This document shows positions 60,715 through 64,000 of a stretch of DNA of 64,000 bases, piece by piece (the first letter of the stretch is position 1; every line of letters starts with the position of its first letter). The notes under the pieces were generated by a model. The model had not been told where the DNA came from. It saw nothing but the letters and a program-made list of their open reading frames with translations, and did no database searches. The DNA comes from Tubiluchus corallicola. Its lineage: Eukaryota > Animalia > Priapulida. Both the position numbers and the translations under genes were made by a program. The stretch spans positions 146,885-210,884 of the forward strand of contig JAQGDQ010000211.1 in assembly GCA_030141605.1 (NCBI GenBank), given 5' to 3'.

Positions 60715-62171
60715 CTAAAAAACGAAAACTGAATTAAAACGCTGCACTGATTTGAAAATTTTTACCTACCGTCAACGGATGCATAACGCACTGCGATTAA
60801 ACGTGTCCGCGGAATGTTATTCGAACTAAATGAAATCAAAATTGTCAACGTGTAATTACTACTGTATATTACGAAATTGTAAATAATGTAACTACTAACG
60901 TTTTATATTAACAAGCCACTTTTAATCTATAATGGCTTGTACCCAACAGGATTCAAAAGTTAAAATAGTACAGTGGCACAACTATTAGTAGAAATACACT
61001 GATATTTCGGTTTGCCGAATCGGACAAAATCTGGACCGTTAAAAAGCCCCGCATACTACGGACACAATCTGTTGTTTCGCGAGCTGACCACTAGATGGCG
61101 GGCCGTCACTTTGTTTACATCATTACATCAGTGTAACCAAGCAGCGTGTAACGACTGTATTTAACACATATTATAGTGCATAAAAGCGACATAAAAATAG
61201 TAGAAGCTCATTGGTCACGCAAAAGTATCTTATTTAAGCACACGAAGAAAAAATATAGAGTCAATTATGCGGAGTTCAATTAACGACAGTTTTTCTTTAC
61301 TTATGCATAGGAGTGGCTCGTACTAGACACTTTTGAGACAATTAGGTGACCGATTCTACATTACCGTGAAGCTAATACGCTGTGCTTACTGTATAGCTTA
61401 GTATCGGCAAACACAGATATAATCGACATATTCGGACCGACGTCACCCCGCTTTCGTCCGGCAAACAGAGTCGTGTACAAACAAAAAATGGAGTTCTTCA
61501 TAAATAAACTTTGCATTTCATCCTTCTATTTGAAAATCACAACTAAAAGTCGTTATTTTTCAAGCCGTGCAGTTTGTCCTTTAACGCCATGTTATTTTGC
61601 AGACACATTTTCACTGCGCACAACACCTGGTATTGTACAATATGAAATGTCGCATCAATAGATAACGCTCTGTATTCGCTTAAGTCCCTCAAAAAGGCCT
61701 TAATGAACAAAGAAGAGAGTTTAGCAGATAAAACATGAATGGACTGGCAATTTTTTTTAAATGGCTAGTTCTAATGTGTAAGAAATATGCAACACTTTGA
61801 CCACCGAAAAGCCTAGTATGCAGCAACCAAAGTATTTGTATAAACATTTGCAATACAAAACAAAAAACTCCAAGAGTGAAATACGGTTGCTATTAAGACT
61901 TTTTCTTTGACTCGCGCCATAAAAGAATACATTATGATAATTATCTCTCACTCAGCATCTTTACATTTACATACGTAAATCTTTTCATCTTATCAACTGT
62001 TACTTTACAATACGTAACTATAAATATATAAAAAAATTGCTTAGCGATGCAGCAAAACAGAGATTTTTTCATTATGCTAACGACTTGGGAATTTTTACAA
62101 GTTTTTTTGCTTGTCATTTCGCAAAATGTAGCTACTCACAAAATATAAGAAAGTAATGAATTTTGCTTTAA

Positions 62172-62791
62172 CCCTTATAGGGTCACCGGGGGGGTAAAAA
62201 ATTACCCCCAGACCGGTTTTTTGCATTTTGTTGTTTTACCATACGCATCCCAGTAAACCTTTTCTATGACTTTTTCTAAATATGTTTTGTGCACAAAATA
62301 CTTTCAGTTATTTATTTTAGGCACATTGTCTCACCACGAAATAAAAGTGAAAATGCAATATGTCGATTTTTTAAAATTGTCGAAACTTTACTTCACTATA
62401 ACGTCTATACATTATATGGGCGATGTATCTGATAAAACAAAATGTCAGATGTCTGTATGCTGATGTAGAACTAGTCTAGTAGCAGATAATAAATTCAAAA
62501 TAACAATGATTTTTGCACACGCGCTAGCAATATCGGTTGTCTACAGTTATTCCAGCATAGATAAGGGAGCGTAACTAAGTGAATTTAAATTTCGTATTAC
62601 TAGTAAGTCACATGTCTTTAAGCAGAGGTATAATGTATCCTATGGTGGTTAGCATAACCACAAATTATGCTGTCGCTCTTTACTAATGAAACACGGCAGT
62701 TTATCAAAAGTAATTTACGAATTACGGTGGGGGTAATTTTTTACCCCCCGGTTACCAAAATCGGTTGTAGAAAATCGTGACCATATAAGGG
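62172..62791. mobile_element. piggyBac-like MITE (complete); truncated sister copy at 59430-59752
   Basis: TTAA-CCCTTATAGGGTCAC ... GTGACCATATAAGGG-TTAA with inverted GGGGGGTAAAAAATTACCCCCA subterminal motifs. Confidence 0.88.
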
Positions 62792-64000
62792 TTAATTTCT
62801 TAGCAGATGATCGAAAAGTCCTGGGGTCAGTGCAAAATTTTAAAATTTAAAAAGTTTTAAATGTCACCACTCATGAAGTACACCCTATTTGTACACAGTA
62901 CAGAAAGGGTACAGGCAGACAGGCAAACAGAAAATTTCCAGACTTTTCTAAGTGTTTTGCAAAATCTCACTCTTCTGGTGCTTTAATAAACTTTAAAAAC
63001 TAGAAACAAGGCGCTTATTCAAAAATAAATAACTAACGTTGTGTTAAACGTATCATTGTGCACAACGTTATTTTTAGACAGCTAACAGCTACAAGGATTA
63101 GTTAGCATTAACTTATATACAATGACAACATTACGTGCTGTTTAAACACGAAAGAACGGAAGCTAGAAATTGCTACATGCATAAATTAATTTTCTGATGT
63201 AAGTTTAAGAAATGCAATAATGCGCAAGATTGTGCTTTTTTATATAATCAGCAATATGGCGAGTCGAAATTCGGCGTTCAACAAAAGAATCCGCTCAGCG
63301 TCATTGCGAAGAGACCAAAACTTGTCTCGTTAAGAAGAATAATTAAGTAACACGAGGCACTCAATTAGTAGAGGTGACTCAGCCACAATGAAGTCCACCT
63401 TCTACAAGGTAAACAGCCAGAATTGGCATGGCGAATGAAGCGCCCAGAACGATTACTGAACCGAGGCGGTCACGAACCAACCCATTCACCGAACAGTCTT
63501 GGTGTGGTTTTAGTTCGGTGGCCAAGCAAATGAGTGTGACCACTTGGCTATGCACATCACATAATCACCAAAACAAGGTAAACGGTTTTGCAAACAGGTA
63601 ATGAAAAAGTATTCACATTGCCGGTTATAATTGGGACATATCTTTGGCTATCAATAGGCTATATAACAGATTCAAATACAAGCCACAGATTTAGTTTTCA
63701 AGGTTAAATATAACAGCACTGCAAAACAAAACTAGTCATTTAATGTAAACATCAGCAAAAGAGCTGATCACTTTTTTACAAACCATAACAGTAACAATGT
63801 TCATCTAGTACGATGAAATAAGTATTAGGTTTCTAAAACTAAACTTGACCTAAAAAGGAAATGCAAAAAAGCAGAACTAAGCTGGATTTGAACCTGGCAC
63901 CATCGAGTTAAAACCCCGAAATGTTCCAAGTTTTAGACTATCCAGTTTCTTATGATCTTAACACATCTCAAAAAAAATTTTTGACAGGATTATCAAGTCA

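Noticed and set aside
61757-61951. GSK-3 upstream exon (FFYGASQRK resembles FFYSSGEK)
   Set aside because: No NRELQIM motif and no fitting splice sites.

Overview
AT-rich, repeat-dense animal (invertebrate-like) genomic DNA, not prokaryotic. Three genes are supported. (1) The 3' portion of a GSK-3 kinase gene on the minus strand: six coding exons at 50816-60714 with clean GT-AG junctions; the 5' exons lie beyond the window. (2) The terminal coding exon of RBM42 on the plus strand (46001-46113), convergent with GSK-3; I could find no upstream RBM42 exon in the preceding 46 kb. (3) An unrecognised two-exon minus-strand gene (26277-26555 joined to 20879-21562) encoding a 320-aa secreted, prohormone-like protein. 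It has a weak PACAP-like segment and a tandemly duplicated 3' end, and may be nested in a very large RBM42 intron. The rest is minisatellites (15-63 bp units), microsatellites, non-autonomous DNA transposons (Tc1/pogo, hAT, piggyBac, Kolobok-like, often nested) and LINE 3' remnants. It also includes a complete 5S-rRNA-headed SINE with a bipartite RTE body plus a headless sister copy. Family assignments come from reading the sequence by eye and from recall; no searches were run.
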